Source of the DNA: Candidatus Stammera capleta
GTDB lineage: Bacteria; Pseudomonadota; Gammaproteobacteria; Enterobacterales; Enterobacteriaceae
NCBI GenBank assembly: GCA_036689325.1
Contig: CP144793.1
Coordinates: 159,578 to 223,577 of the forward strand
Reading direction: 5' to 3'
Length of the DNA: 64,000 nucleotides
Positions 50,927-59,776 of this stretch are shown in pieces. The notes below the pieces were generated by a model. That model was not told where the DNA came from, did no database searches, and saw only the letters and a program-made list of their open reading frames with translations. Position 1 is the stretch's first letter. The number at the start of each line of letters is the position of its first letter. The position numbers were made by a program, and so were the translations under genes.

Positions 50927-51436
50927 TTGAATAAAAAAATCAAAATAAATAACGAAATCAAATCTCAAAAAATAAGAGTAACCAATGATAATAGAGAAAA
51001 TTTAGGTATTCTTAATATTAAAGAAGCATTAAAATTAGCAAAAAAAAAAAAATTAGATCTAGTAGAAATAGTGCCACAAGCTAATCCTCCTGTATGCAAA
51101 ATTACTAATTATGGTAAATACATATATAAAAAAAACAAAATTTTAAAAAAAAATAAAAAAAAAAAAGTAAGTTTAAAAGAAGTTAAATTTAGATTAAACA
51201 CTAATAAAAATGATTTTTTAATTAAACTTAAAAATATAATACGTTTTATACTTAAAGGAAATAAAGTTAAAATTATTATTATATTTAGAGGTAGAGAAAT
51301 AATACATCAAAACATAGCCAACAAAATACTAGATGAGATAAAAGATAAAACAAAAAATATATCTAATATAGAATTAAATCCTAATAAAATAGAAAACAGA
51401 CAAATGATTATGATTTTATCTAGTAGAACAAAATAA
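50927..51436 (+). CDS. infC: translation initiation factor IF-3 (non-ATG start)
   Basis: 169 aa. LDLVEIVPQANPPVCKITNYGKY, KEVKFR, FRGREI.H and IENRQMIMIL match E. coli IF3. There is no ATG between the thrS stop and the conserved N-terminus. Confidence 0.93.
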   Translation: MNKKIKINNEIKSQKIRVTNDNRENLGILNIKEALKLAKKKKLDLVEIVPQANPPVCKITNYGKYIYKKNKILKKNKKKKVSLKEVKFRLNTNKNDFLIKLKNIIRFILKGNKVKIIIIFRGREIIHQNIANKILDEIKDKTKNISNIELNPNKIENRQMIMILSSRTK

Positions 51437-51450
51437 ATTTTAAAATAATA

Positions 51451-51642
51451 ATGATAAAAACAAAAACAATTAATGCAATACGTAAAAGAATAAAAAAAAC
51501 TTCTTTAGGTAAAATTAAATTTAAACAAGGTAATTTAAGACATATACTCACCAAAAAAAACAAAAAAAGAAAAAGACAACTTAAAAAAAAAAAAATAGCT
51601 AATAAATCATTAAAAAAAATAATAAAAAAGTATTTTAGATAA
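51451..51642 (+). CDS. rpmI: 50S ribosomal protein L35
   Basis: 63 aa. NLRHILTKKNKKRKRQL compares with E. coli NLRHILTKKATKRKRHL. Confidence 0.93.
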   Translation: MIKTKTINAIRKRIKKTSLGKIKFKQGNLRHILTKKNKKRKRQLKKKKIANKSLKKIIKKYFR

Positions 51643-51657
51643 ATTTTAAAAAATAAA

Positions 51658-52005
51658 ATGATTAGAGTAAAAAGAAGTAAAACAACTCATAACAAACACA
51701 AAAAAATATTACAACTTGCTAAAGGTTACTATGGAGCAAGATCAAGATCTTACAGATCAGCTAAACAAGCAGTTATAAAAGCACAACAATATGCTTATAG
51801 GGATAGAAAAAAAAAAAAAATTAATATGAGAAAATTATGGATCATCCAAATAAATGCTAAAGTTAGAAATTATGGAATTACATATAATCAATTTGTATAC
51901 AAACTTAGACAAAAAAAAATAAATATAAACAAAAAAATATTAATATCTTTAATACAAGAAAATTGTCCATCTTTTGATAAAATTATAAAACTTATTAATA
52001 AATGA
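51658..52005 (+). CDS. rplT: 50S ribosomal protein L20
   Basis: MIRVKR....HKKILQLAKGYYGARSRSYRSAKQAVIKAQQYAYRDRK is nearly collinear with E. coli L20. Confidence 0.96.
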   Translation: MIRVKRSKTTHNKHKKILQLAKGYYGARSRSYRSAKQAVIKAQQYAYRDRKKKKINMRKLWIIQINAKVRNYGITYNQFVYKLRQKKININKKILISLIQENCPSFDKIIKLINK

Positions 52006-52006
52006 T

Positions 52007-52984
52007 ATGCTTAATAAAAAAAAAATCATTAAAATTTTTAAAAAAGATATTCAACATATTAATAATATTCAAGATATTAATAAAATAAAAATTAAATATT
52101 TAGGTAAAACAGGATTTATTAATGAAATAAAAAAAATACTACAAAAAAGTCCTAAAAATTTAAAACCTAAAATAGGAAAAACTTTTAATTATATAAAAAA
52201 ATACTTTCAAAACAAAATTTTATATTTAAAAAAAAAAATATACAAAAAAAACTTAAATAGTATTCATAACACTATAATAGAAGATATATCACTTCCATGT
52301 AATAATTATCTATCTTATGGTAATCTACACCCTATCACAATTACCTTAAATAAAATAGAAAAATTTTTTAAGAATTTAGGATTTACTTATTTTTATAGTT
52401 CAGAAATAGAAAATACTTATTTTAATTTTGAAGCTTTAAATATTAACAAAAAACATCCATCTTACACTAAAAAAGATACTTTTTGGATAAATAAAAAACT
52501 TTTATTAAGAACACAAACTTCTCCTGCACAAATAAGATATATGTTAAAAAAAAAACCTCCATTAAAAATAATTACATCAGGTTGTGTATTTAGAAAAGAT
52601 GATGACACAACACACACACCAATGTTTCACCAACTAGAAGGTTTTTTAGTAGATAAAAATATTAGTTTTGCAAATCTTAAATATTTAATAACACAATTTA
52701 TATATTTTTTATTAAATAAAAAAAAAATAGAATTTATACCTTCATACTTTCCTTTTACAGAACCATCTGCTGAAGTAGTAATAAAAAACAATCATAAATG
52801 GTTGGAAGTGTTAGGTTGTGGTATGATACATCCTAAAATTTTTGAAAATGTTAATATTAATTCAAAAAAATATTCAGGTTTTGCTTTTGGTTTAGGTATA
52901 GAAAGATTAACAATGTTAAAATATAATATAAAAAATATAAAATTTTTATACAAAAATAATATTAGATTTTTAAATCAATTTTAA
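52007..52984 (+). CDS. pheS: phenylalanine--tRNA ligase alpha subunit
   Basis: 325 aa. LLRTQTSPAQIRYM, THTPMFHQLEGF, FPFTEPSAEV and GFAFGLGIERL. Confidence 0.96.
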   Translation: MLNKKKIIKIFKKDIQHINNIQDINKIKIKYLGKTGFINEIKKILQKSPKNLKPKIGKTFNYIKKYFQNKILYLKKKIYKKNLNSIHNTIIEDISLPCNNYLSYGNLHPITITLNKIEKFFKNLGFTYFYSSEIENTYFNFEALNINKKHPSYTKKDTFWINKKLLLRTQTSPAQIRYMLKKKPPLKIITSGCVFRKDDDTTHTPMFHQLEGFLVDKNISFANLKYLITQFIYFLLNKKKIEFIPSYFPFTEPSAEVVIKNNHKWLEVLGCGMIHPKIFENVNINSKKYSGFAFGLGIERLTMLKYNIKNIKFLYKNNIRFLNQF

Positions 52985-52998
52985 TTTTCAAAAAATAT

Positions 52999-55236
52999 AT
53001 GAAATTTCCCGAAATTTGGATAAAAAAATTTTTTAAAAAAAAAACAAACAGTAAAAGTATAAAAGACATTTTAAATAAAAATGGTTTTGAAACTAAAAAT
53101 TATTGGCATTTTTCTGTTAAAAAGAAATTCTTTCATTTAAAAATAAAGCAAATATTTAATAAAACATATAAATATATTGTTTATTATAATAATAAAAAAA
53201 AAGAAATAAATATATATAATAATAACAAATATATTCATAAGATACTAAATAATAATAATTTATATTGTACTAAACAATGTATTAAAAAAAATGTTATCTT
53301 TAATATCTTAAAAAAAACATCTAATAAAGAAAATCTTTATTTTTTATATCAAAATAAACAAGATATTTATTATATAAATCAAATATTACAAACACATAAT
53401 ATTTTTCAAATAAAACCACCAAATAATAGAATTGATTGTCATAATATTTTAGGTATAGCTAGAGAACTATGTTGTTTAACTAATACAAAATTACATATTA
53501 AAAAAATTTCCATTAATAAAACAAAAAAAAGTGATAATTATTTTAGTTTAGAAGGTAAAAATTATAAAAACTATAAATATATTATTGTGGAAATTAAAAA
53601 TCTTAATAAGAAAATATCTAAAAATATTAAATATAAATTAGATTATCTTAATTTAATAAATAATGATATATTATTAAATATAATTAATTATATTATAATA
53701 GAATATGGCCAATATATATACATACATCATTTAGAACTACCTTTTTTAAAAAATAAAATCAGTAAAACATATTTACACACAAAAATACATAAAATACTGA
53801 AAAAAAAATTAAGTAAATTTCAAATTATTGATAAACACTTTGCTTATCAAAAAACAACAAAATTATTACTAATAGCTCCATTATTAAAAACAAAATTTAT
53901 TAAAAAAATAAACAAAAAAAGCAAATTATTTAGTTATATAAGTAATACATATAATAAAATACAAATATTATCCCTTAAAAAAATAATAAAAATCTTAAAA
54001 AAACATTTCTCTATACAAAAAATAAGTTCTTTTTTAAAAGAACCTAAAAAGAAAAATAATACTATAAATTTATATTTCGACGATGTATGTCATATATTAG
54101 GTTTTAAAATTAAAAAATCAATAATCATAAATATATTAAAAAATATTGGATGTGTTTTTCACAAAACCAATCCAACATATTTAAAAATAATACCTCCAAA
54201 ATGGAGAAAAGATTTAAATATCAAAGAAGATTTAGTGGAAGAAATAATAAGAATATATGGATATAACAATATACCTAATATTTCTCCAAAAACTAATATT
54301 ATTATAACAAAAAAAATAACATGGGATGAAAAAATTTATAATATCAAAAGATTATTAATTGATCAACAATATAAAGAAATTATTAACTTTCATTTTTCTA
54401 ACGAAAAAAAAGAAATATTAGTAAACAAAAAAAAATTATTTATTTACATTAATAATCCTTTGTCAAACGATATATCAATACTTAGATCATCTTTAATTCC
54501 TAATATGTTATATACTTTAAAATACAACTTACAGAGACAAAATAATAGAATTAAAATATTTGAAATAGGTACATGTTATTTAAAAACAAATATTAATAAA
54601 ATAAAAAAAATACATAATATATGTGCTATGGTTTGCGGATATAAAAATATAAAACATTGGAATATAAAAAATAATAGATTATTTAATTTTTATGATCTAA
54701 AACATGATTTAGAATATCTTATATATAAAAATAATAATATAAAAACATTAGATACAGAAATAGCTTTATTACCATTTTTAGAAGAAAAAAAAAATTTAAA
54801 TATCAAAATTAACAATCAGAATATTGGATATTTAGGACAAATTAGTAAAAAAATACAAAAGAAATTAGATATAAAATACCCTATTTTTTTATTTGAAATT
54901 AATATTAAAAAATGCTTATCATATAAAACAAAAAAAAACAAATTTTTGTTTTATAAATACCCACTTAATAAAAGAGACATCACATTAATAATTAATAAAA
55001 ATATATTAATAAACAAAATCATTCAAAAATGTTTATCATTAAATAAATTAATAACTGATATTTATGTTATAAACACTTTTAATAATGAATATTTAAACAT
55101 AAAAAATAAAAAAAATATTACATTAAGATTAATCATACAACATAACAAAAAAACTCTTACAGATAAAAATATTAATACAATTATTATTAATTGTAAAAAA
55201 AAACTTAAAAAAATATTTCATGCAGAAATAACCTAA
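52999..55236 (+). CDS. pheT: phenylalanine--tRNA ligase beta subunit
   Basis: 745 aa. MKFPEIWIKKF, PPKWRKDLNIKEDLVEEIIRIYGYNNIP, LRSSLIPNML and RIKIFEIG are collinear with E. coli PheT. Confidence 0.93.
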   Translation: MKFPEIWIKKFFKKKTNSKSIKDILNKNGFETKNYWHFSVKKKFFHLKIKQIFNKTYKYIVYYNNKKKEINIYNNNKYIHKILNNNNLYCTKQCIKKNVIFNILKKTSNKENLYFLYQNKQDIYYINQILQTHNIFQIKPPNNRIDCHNILGIARELCCLTNTKLHIKKISINKTKKSDNYFSLEGKNYKNYKYIIVEIKNLNKKISKNIKYKLDYLNLINNDILLNIINYIIIEYGQYIYIHHLELPFLKNKISKTYLHTKIHKILKKKLSKFQIIDKHFAYQKTTKLLLIAPLLKTKFIKKINKKSKLFSYISNTYNKIQILSLKKIIKILKKHFSIQKISSFLKEPKKKNNTINLYFDDVCHILGFKIKKSIIINILKNIGCVFHKTNPTYLKIIPPKWRKDLNIKEDLVEEIIRIYGYNNIPNISPKTNIIITKKITWDEKIYNIKRLLIDQQYKEIINFHFSNEKKEILVNKKKLFIYINNPLSNDISILRSSLIPNMLYTLKYNLQRQNNRIKIFEIGTCYLKTNINKIKKIHNICAMVCGYKNIKHWNIKNNRLFNFYDLKHDLEYLIYKNNNIKTLDTEIALLPFLEEKKNLNIKINNQNIGYLGQISKKIQKKLDIKYPIFLFEINIKKCLSYKTKKNKFLFYKYPLNKRDITLIINKNILINKIIQKCLSLNKLITDIYVINTFNNEYLNIKNKKNITLRLIIQHNKKTLTDKNINTIIINCKKKLKKIFHAEIT

Positions 55237-55260
55237 AATAATTCTATTTTATATAGCAAA

Positions 55261-55331
55261 ATGCTGATATTCAGATTCGAACTGAAATCTTACCTATACC
55301 AAAGGTATATTTTACCCTTAAAATATATCAG
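55261..55331 (-). tRNA. tRNA-Thr (anticodon GGT), no encoded CCA
   Basis: GCTGATA-TA-TTTT-AAGGGTA-AAAT-A-TACCT-TTGGTAT-AGGTA-AGAT-TTCAG-TTCGAAT-CTGAA-TATCAGC-A. The D stem is weak (one T.T pair). Confidence 0.88.
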
Positions 55332-55913
55332 CTTATGTATGTAACATATATAATAAAATTATATTTATATTAAATTACAAAAATACTATATAAATTACAT
55401 AAATAACGAATAAATCAATAATATTTATAAAACAAAGAAATGAAAAATAATTTTATTTAAAATATAAAATATTTAAATTTAAAAAAATATAATATAAACT
55501 AGAAATAATATTTAAGAATAAAAATTTTTTATTTAAACTAATTAGAAATATTACAAAATATAAAAATATATTCTAAAATATTAATACAAAATTATTATTA
55601 ATTAAATAAACATAATAACTTAATAATATCTTTGTAATTATAACATATAAAATTATAAATATTTAATATGATAAAATTAATAATATAAATAATAACAAAT
55701 AATATTTAAATATAAAATTATTATGTATATAACAAATTAAACAATAATTATACAAATATCACTTTATCAACCAAAAAAAACATAAAAAACTAATAATGTT
55801 AAATATATTATTTACAATATAAAAATTTAAAGATATTTTCTTTAATTACTAAAATACAAAATCATAACAAACCAAAAATATACAAATTAATAAAAATATT
55901 AAAATTATTTATT

Positions 55914-56627
55914 ATGTATTATAAAAAAAAACAACCTTATTATATAAAAAAAATTAATATATATATACAAAATATATATGTATGGATAATATGTGGTTTC
56001 TCTATAACATCAATAACATCTTGGTTCTTAAGTAAGAATTATAAAATATTAAAGTTTATTTTTTTAAATAAAAAAATATTATTTTTAATTACTTTAAGTG
56101 AAATATTAATTTCACTGATATTAGCTAATATGATAAACAAACTCAAAAATAACACTATTATTAGCTTATTTTTAATGTATACAATGTTAAATGGAGTTAT
56201 ATTATCAAGTATATTTTTAATATATACATTAAAATCTATAATAATACTTATTCTATTTATAATAATAAATTTTATTTTAATGAATATAATAGGATTAAAA
56301 TACAAAAATGATCTTACTAATTTAGGAGAAATATCATCAATGTTATTAATTAACATTGTTATTTCTAATATATTAAATTCCTGGACACAAAATATATATA
56401 TATCACATTTTATATCATATATAAATGCAATATTGTTTTCATTAATTATGATATGGGATATCCAAAAAATTACAAAATTTAGCAAAAATATTATTTTAAC
56501 AGAATATAGCTCTTCTTTTATAAAGAACTCTATTCTTTCATCTTTTTCAATATATTTAAATTTATTTAATTTATTTTTAATATTTTTAGAAATATTTGGT
56601 AAAAAATTTACATATTTTTTTTATTAA
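55914..56627 (+). CDS. BAX inhibitor-1 / YccA family inner-membrane protein (YbhL/YccA-like)
   Basis: 237 aa, about 7 predicted transmembrane segments. The C-terminal SIYLNLFNLFLIFLEIFG compares with the enterobacterial YLDFINLFLMLLRIFG. Confidence 0.8.
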   Translation: MYYKKKQPYYIKKINIYIQNIYVWIICGFSITSITSWFLSKNYKILKFIFLNKKILFLITLSEILISLILANMINKLKNNTIISLFLMYTMLNGVILSSIFLIYTLKSIIILILFIIINFILMNIIGLKYKNDLTNLGEISSMLLINIVISNILNSWTQNIYISHFISYINAILFSLIMIWDIQKITKFSKNIILTEYSSSFIKNSILSSFSIYLNLFNLFLIFLEIFGKKFTYFFY

Positions 56628-56631
56628 AAAA

Positions 56632-57177
56632 TTAAATAATATTATTTATTTTTTTAAATAAAGAAAAACCTTTTAAAATAACTTTTTTTGCTTCAATTAC
56701 ATTACCCCAACCTTTTATTGTGACTGATTTATTTTTATCTAATAGTTTATAATTTTGAAAAAAAAATAATATTTTATCTAAAATAGAATTATTTACATCA
56801 CATATATCGTTAATATCATTAAAATCATCAGAAACATTATAATTAGGAACAGTAATTATTTTGTTATCTTCCCCATCCTCATCAAACATTTTAAATATCC
56901 CTACAGGTCTAGTATTTACTACAGAAGCAGATAATAAAGAAAAATTTGATATAACTAAGGCATCAATAGCATCTTTATGATTAACATCTAAAGTATTACT
57001 GATATAACCATAATCATAAGGATAATAAATACTAGATTTTAAAAATCTATCTACAAATAAAACATTATAAATATTATGCATCTCATATTTTACAAAAGAT
57101 GAACGAGAAGATATCTCAATAATTACATTAACATCATTAGGAATGTTATTTCCACATGGTACTTTATTAAAATTCAT
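56632..57177 (-). CDS. ppa: inorganic pyrophosphatase
   Basis: 181 aa. VIIEIS......KYE, FVDRF, YPYDYGYI, DALV and RPVGIFKM.DE.GED.K are collinear with E. coli Ppa. Confidence 0.95.
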   Translation of the reverse strand: MNFNKVPCGNNIPNDVNVIIEISSRSSFVKYEMHNIYNVLFVDRFLKSSIYYPYDYGYISNTLDVNHKDAIDALVISNFSLLSASVVNTRPVGIFKMFDEDGEDNKIITVPNYNVSDDFNDINDICDVNNSILDKILFFFQNYKLLDKNKSVTIKGWGNVIEAKKVILKGFSLFKKINNII

Positions 57178-57255
57178 ATTTAACTCATATAAAGTTATAA
57201 AATTTGTATATAATACAAGTATATCATTATAAAAACATAATTAATTAATTAAAAA

Positions 57256-58623
57256 ATGAATTTATATAAAAAAATAAAAATAAAAAAAAGAACATATATG
57301 AAAAATATATGTAAAATTTATTATGAAATACAAAAGAAAATAATATGTGATGTAAAAATACATATTAAATATAATTTAGGTAAAATATTTAAAATTAAAA
57401 ATAATCAAACAGAAAGCATAGAATATTTAGATCAAGAAATTATTAAAATTATAATATATAAAAACCATCAAATTAGCACTATATATTTAAATAATTTTAA
57501 TAAAGATACTATTCATAAAAGTATTAATTTTATGATAAATAATATCACATTTTCTAAATATGATAAATATTACATTTTGGGTTTATATAAAAATAATAAA
57601 AATAAAAAATCAACGGATCTAGGTTTAATATTTTATAATGAGAACATTTCAAATGATGATTTAATTGAAGTAATGAAAAATATTGAACAAAATAGTTTAA
57701 ATGTAAATAAAAAATTATTAATTAATGAAAATGTAATATTCAAAAAAACATTAACTGGTAATATTTTATCAATAAACAATAATATATTTAAAGATTATTA
57801 TTCAAATAAATTTAGTTTAGTAAATAATGTTATCGCACAAGACAAAAAAAAAAAAAATATGGAATATTATTGCGAATATATTAACACTCATAAATTATTT
57901 GACTTAATAACAAAATCATATTTTTTAGGAAAAAAAACCGCACAAAAAGCAATATCAAAATTATATTCCAAAAAAATAAAAACTAAAAAATATTTAGTAC
58001 TATTTAATCAAACAACTTCAGCAAAAATATTTTCCTATTTAGCTAAATCATTAAATGGTTATTATATATATAATAATATTTCTTTCATGAAAAAAAAATT
58101 AAATAAACAAATATTACCAAAATGGTTTAATATTATAGAAGATCCTTTTATCTATAAAGGAATAGGTTCTAAACCTTTTGATAATGATGGTTTTGATACC
58201 AAAAAATATACTATTATTAAAAAAGGAATATTAAAAACTTGGATAACAGATTTTTATTATGCAAAAAAATTACATATTAATAATACAGTAAATTCTGGTG
58301 GAATACATAATTGGATATTTTTAACAAAAAAAAAAAAAATTAATTTAAAAGTAGCTATTAACAAAATTAAACACGGTTTAATAATAGAAGAAATCATAGG
58401 TGAAGGATTTAATATAGAAACAGGATACTATTCACTAGGTGTAACAGGATATAAAATTAAAAACAAAAAAATATCCCATTCAATAAACAATATTACTATA
58501 TCAGGTAATCTTAAATTTTTATTAAAAAATATCATATTTATGTGTGATAATATTAATATTAATTCTAAAATTAGAACAGGATCTATATGTGTACCTAATA
58601 TTCAAATAGCAAGTGAAATTTAA
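57256..58623 (+). CDS. pmbA: metalloprotease PmbA (TldE)
   Basis: 455 aa. KPFDNDGF, GGIHNW, GYYSLGVTGY, ITISGNL and the C-terminal RTGSICVPNIQIASE compare with E. coli PmbA QCGSVLLPEMKIAGQ. Confidence 0.88.
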   Translation: MNLYKKIKIKKRTYMKNICKIYYEIQKKIICDVKIHIKYNLGKIFKIKNNQTESIEYLDQEIIKIIIYKNHQISTIYLNNFNKDTIHKSINFMINNITFSKYDKYYILGLYKNNKNKKSTDLGLIFYNENISNDDLIEVMKNIEQNSLNVNKKLLINENVIFKKTLTGNILSINNNIFKDYYSNKFSLVNNVIAQDKKKKNMEYYCEYINTHKLFDLITKSYFLGKKTAQKAISKLYSKKIKTKKYLVLFNQTTSAKIFSYLAKSLNGYYIYNNISFMKKKLNKQILPKWFNIIEDPFIYKGIGSKPFDNDGFDTKKYTIIKKGILKTWITDFYYAKKLHINNTVNSGGIHNWIFLTKKKKINLKVAINKIKHGLIIEEIIGEGFNIETGYYSLGVTGYKIKNKKISHSINNITISGNLKFLLKNIIFMCDNININSKIRTGSICVPNIQIASEI

Positions 58624-58644
58624 TTAATATTAAAACTTTTAAAA

Positions 58645-59730
58645 TTAAAACTTATTAAGTAAATTATAACAATTTAAGATTTTAAACATATATTTTAAAT
58701 GTTTAACAATAGATTTTTGACTTTTTCTAATCCATACTCTAGGATCATAAAATTTTTTATTTGGTTTGTCTAAACCTGTTGGATTTCCTAATTGAGATTT
58801 TAAATAATTTTTATGCTTTACATAATAATTATGTATACCTTTCCATGATGACCATTGTATATCAGTATCTAAATTAACTTTAATAACACCATAACTTATA
58901 CATTCTTGAATAATTTCTTTAGGAGTTCCTGATCCACCATGAAACACAAAATTTAAAGGTTTATTTATAGATATAATTTTCCCTAATTTTTTTTGTGAAT
59001 TATATAATATTTTAGGAACTAATTTTACATTTCCAGATTTATATACTCCATGAGTATTTCCAAAAGAAGCAGCAATATTAAAATACTTACTTATTTTAAT
59101 TAATTTTCTATAAGTATATATAACATCATTAGGTGTTGTATACAATTTTTTATGAGAAATATTAGTATTATCTAATATATCTTCTTCACCACCAGTACAA
59201 CCTAATTCTAATTCTAAATTAATATTCAAATTAGACATTTTTTTTAAATATTTTTTACAAATATGTAAATTTTTATTTATATCATAACGAGATATATCTA
59301 TCATATGTGAACTAAATAAAGATTGTCCATAAGAATTATAATAATCCTTATTTATTTTTAATAAACCATCTATCCATGGTAAAAACTCTTTTGAACAATG
59401 ATCAGTATGCAATACTACTGGTAATTTATAATATTTGGCTATTTCATGCACATACTTAGCTCCTAAAATAGATCCAGAAATAGCTGATTTTATTTTATTA
59501 GTCAAAGAAGAATAATAATTACCCGAAAAAAACATAGATCCAGAAAAAGAAAACTGAATAATAACAATTGTATTATATCTTTTAGCAGCTTCCAAAACAG
59601 CATTGATAGAATTAGTATCAATACAATTAATAGCTGCTAAAGCAAAGTTGTGTTTTTTAGCAAAATCAAATATTTTATATAACTCTTTACCCGAAACAAC
59701 ACCTGAATCAAGACCTAAACGTTTAAACAT
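58645..59730 (-). CDS. fbaA: fructose-bisphosphate aldolase class II
   Basis: FALAAINC, HTDHC, LFSSHMID, ELGCTGGEED, NFVFHGGSG and PNKKFYDPRVW. The ORF track extends to 59847; the ATG at 59730 (MFKRLGLDSGVVSG) matches the E. coli N-terminus and removes the overlap with pgk. Confidence 0.95.
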   Translation of the reverse strand: MFKRLGLDSGVVSGKELYKIFDFAKKHNFALAAINCIDTNSINAVLEAAKRYNTIVIIQFSFSGSMFFSGNYYSSLTNKIKSAISGSILGAKYVHEIAKYYKLPVVLHTDHCSKEFLPWIDGLLKINKDYYNSYGQSLFSSHMIDISRYDINKNLHICKKYLKKMSNLNINLELELGCTGGEEDILDNTNISHKKLYTTPNDVIYTYRKLIKISKYFNIAASFGNTHGVYKSGNVKLVPKILYNSQKKLGKIISINKPLNFVFHGGSGTPKEIIQECISYGVIKVNLDTDIQWSSWKGIHNYYVKHKNYLKSQLGNPTGLDKPNKKFYDPRVWIRKSQKSIVKHLKYMFKILNCYNLLNKF

Positions 59731-59776
59731 AATTATTAACCAATTATTAAATATTAACAAATTGTTAGTAAAAAAA

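Noticed and set aside
56039-56485. A 148-aa ORF antisense to the BI-1 family membrane protein gene, surprisingly long for ~80% A+T DNA
   Set aside because: In this antisense frame a stop can arise only where the sense strand has NNT/NNC followed by TAN, or NNT followed by CAN. The sense protein here is a Leu/Ile/Phe-rich membrane segment with few Tyr, His or Gln in that context. The translated product is low-complexity and has no recognisable motif. I read it as an artefact of the sense-strand composition.
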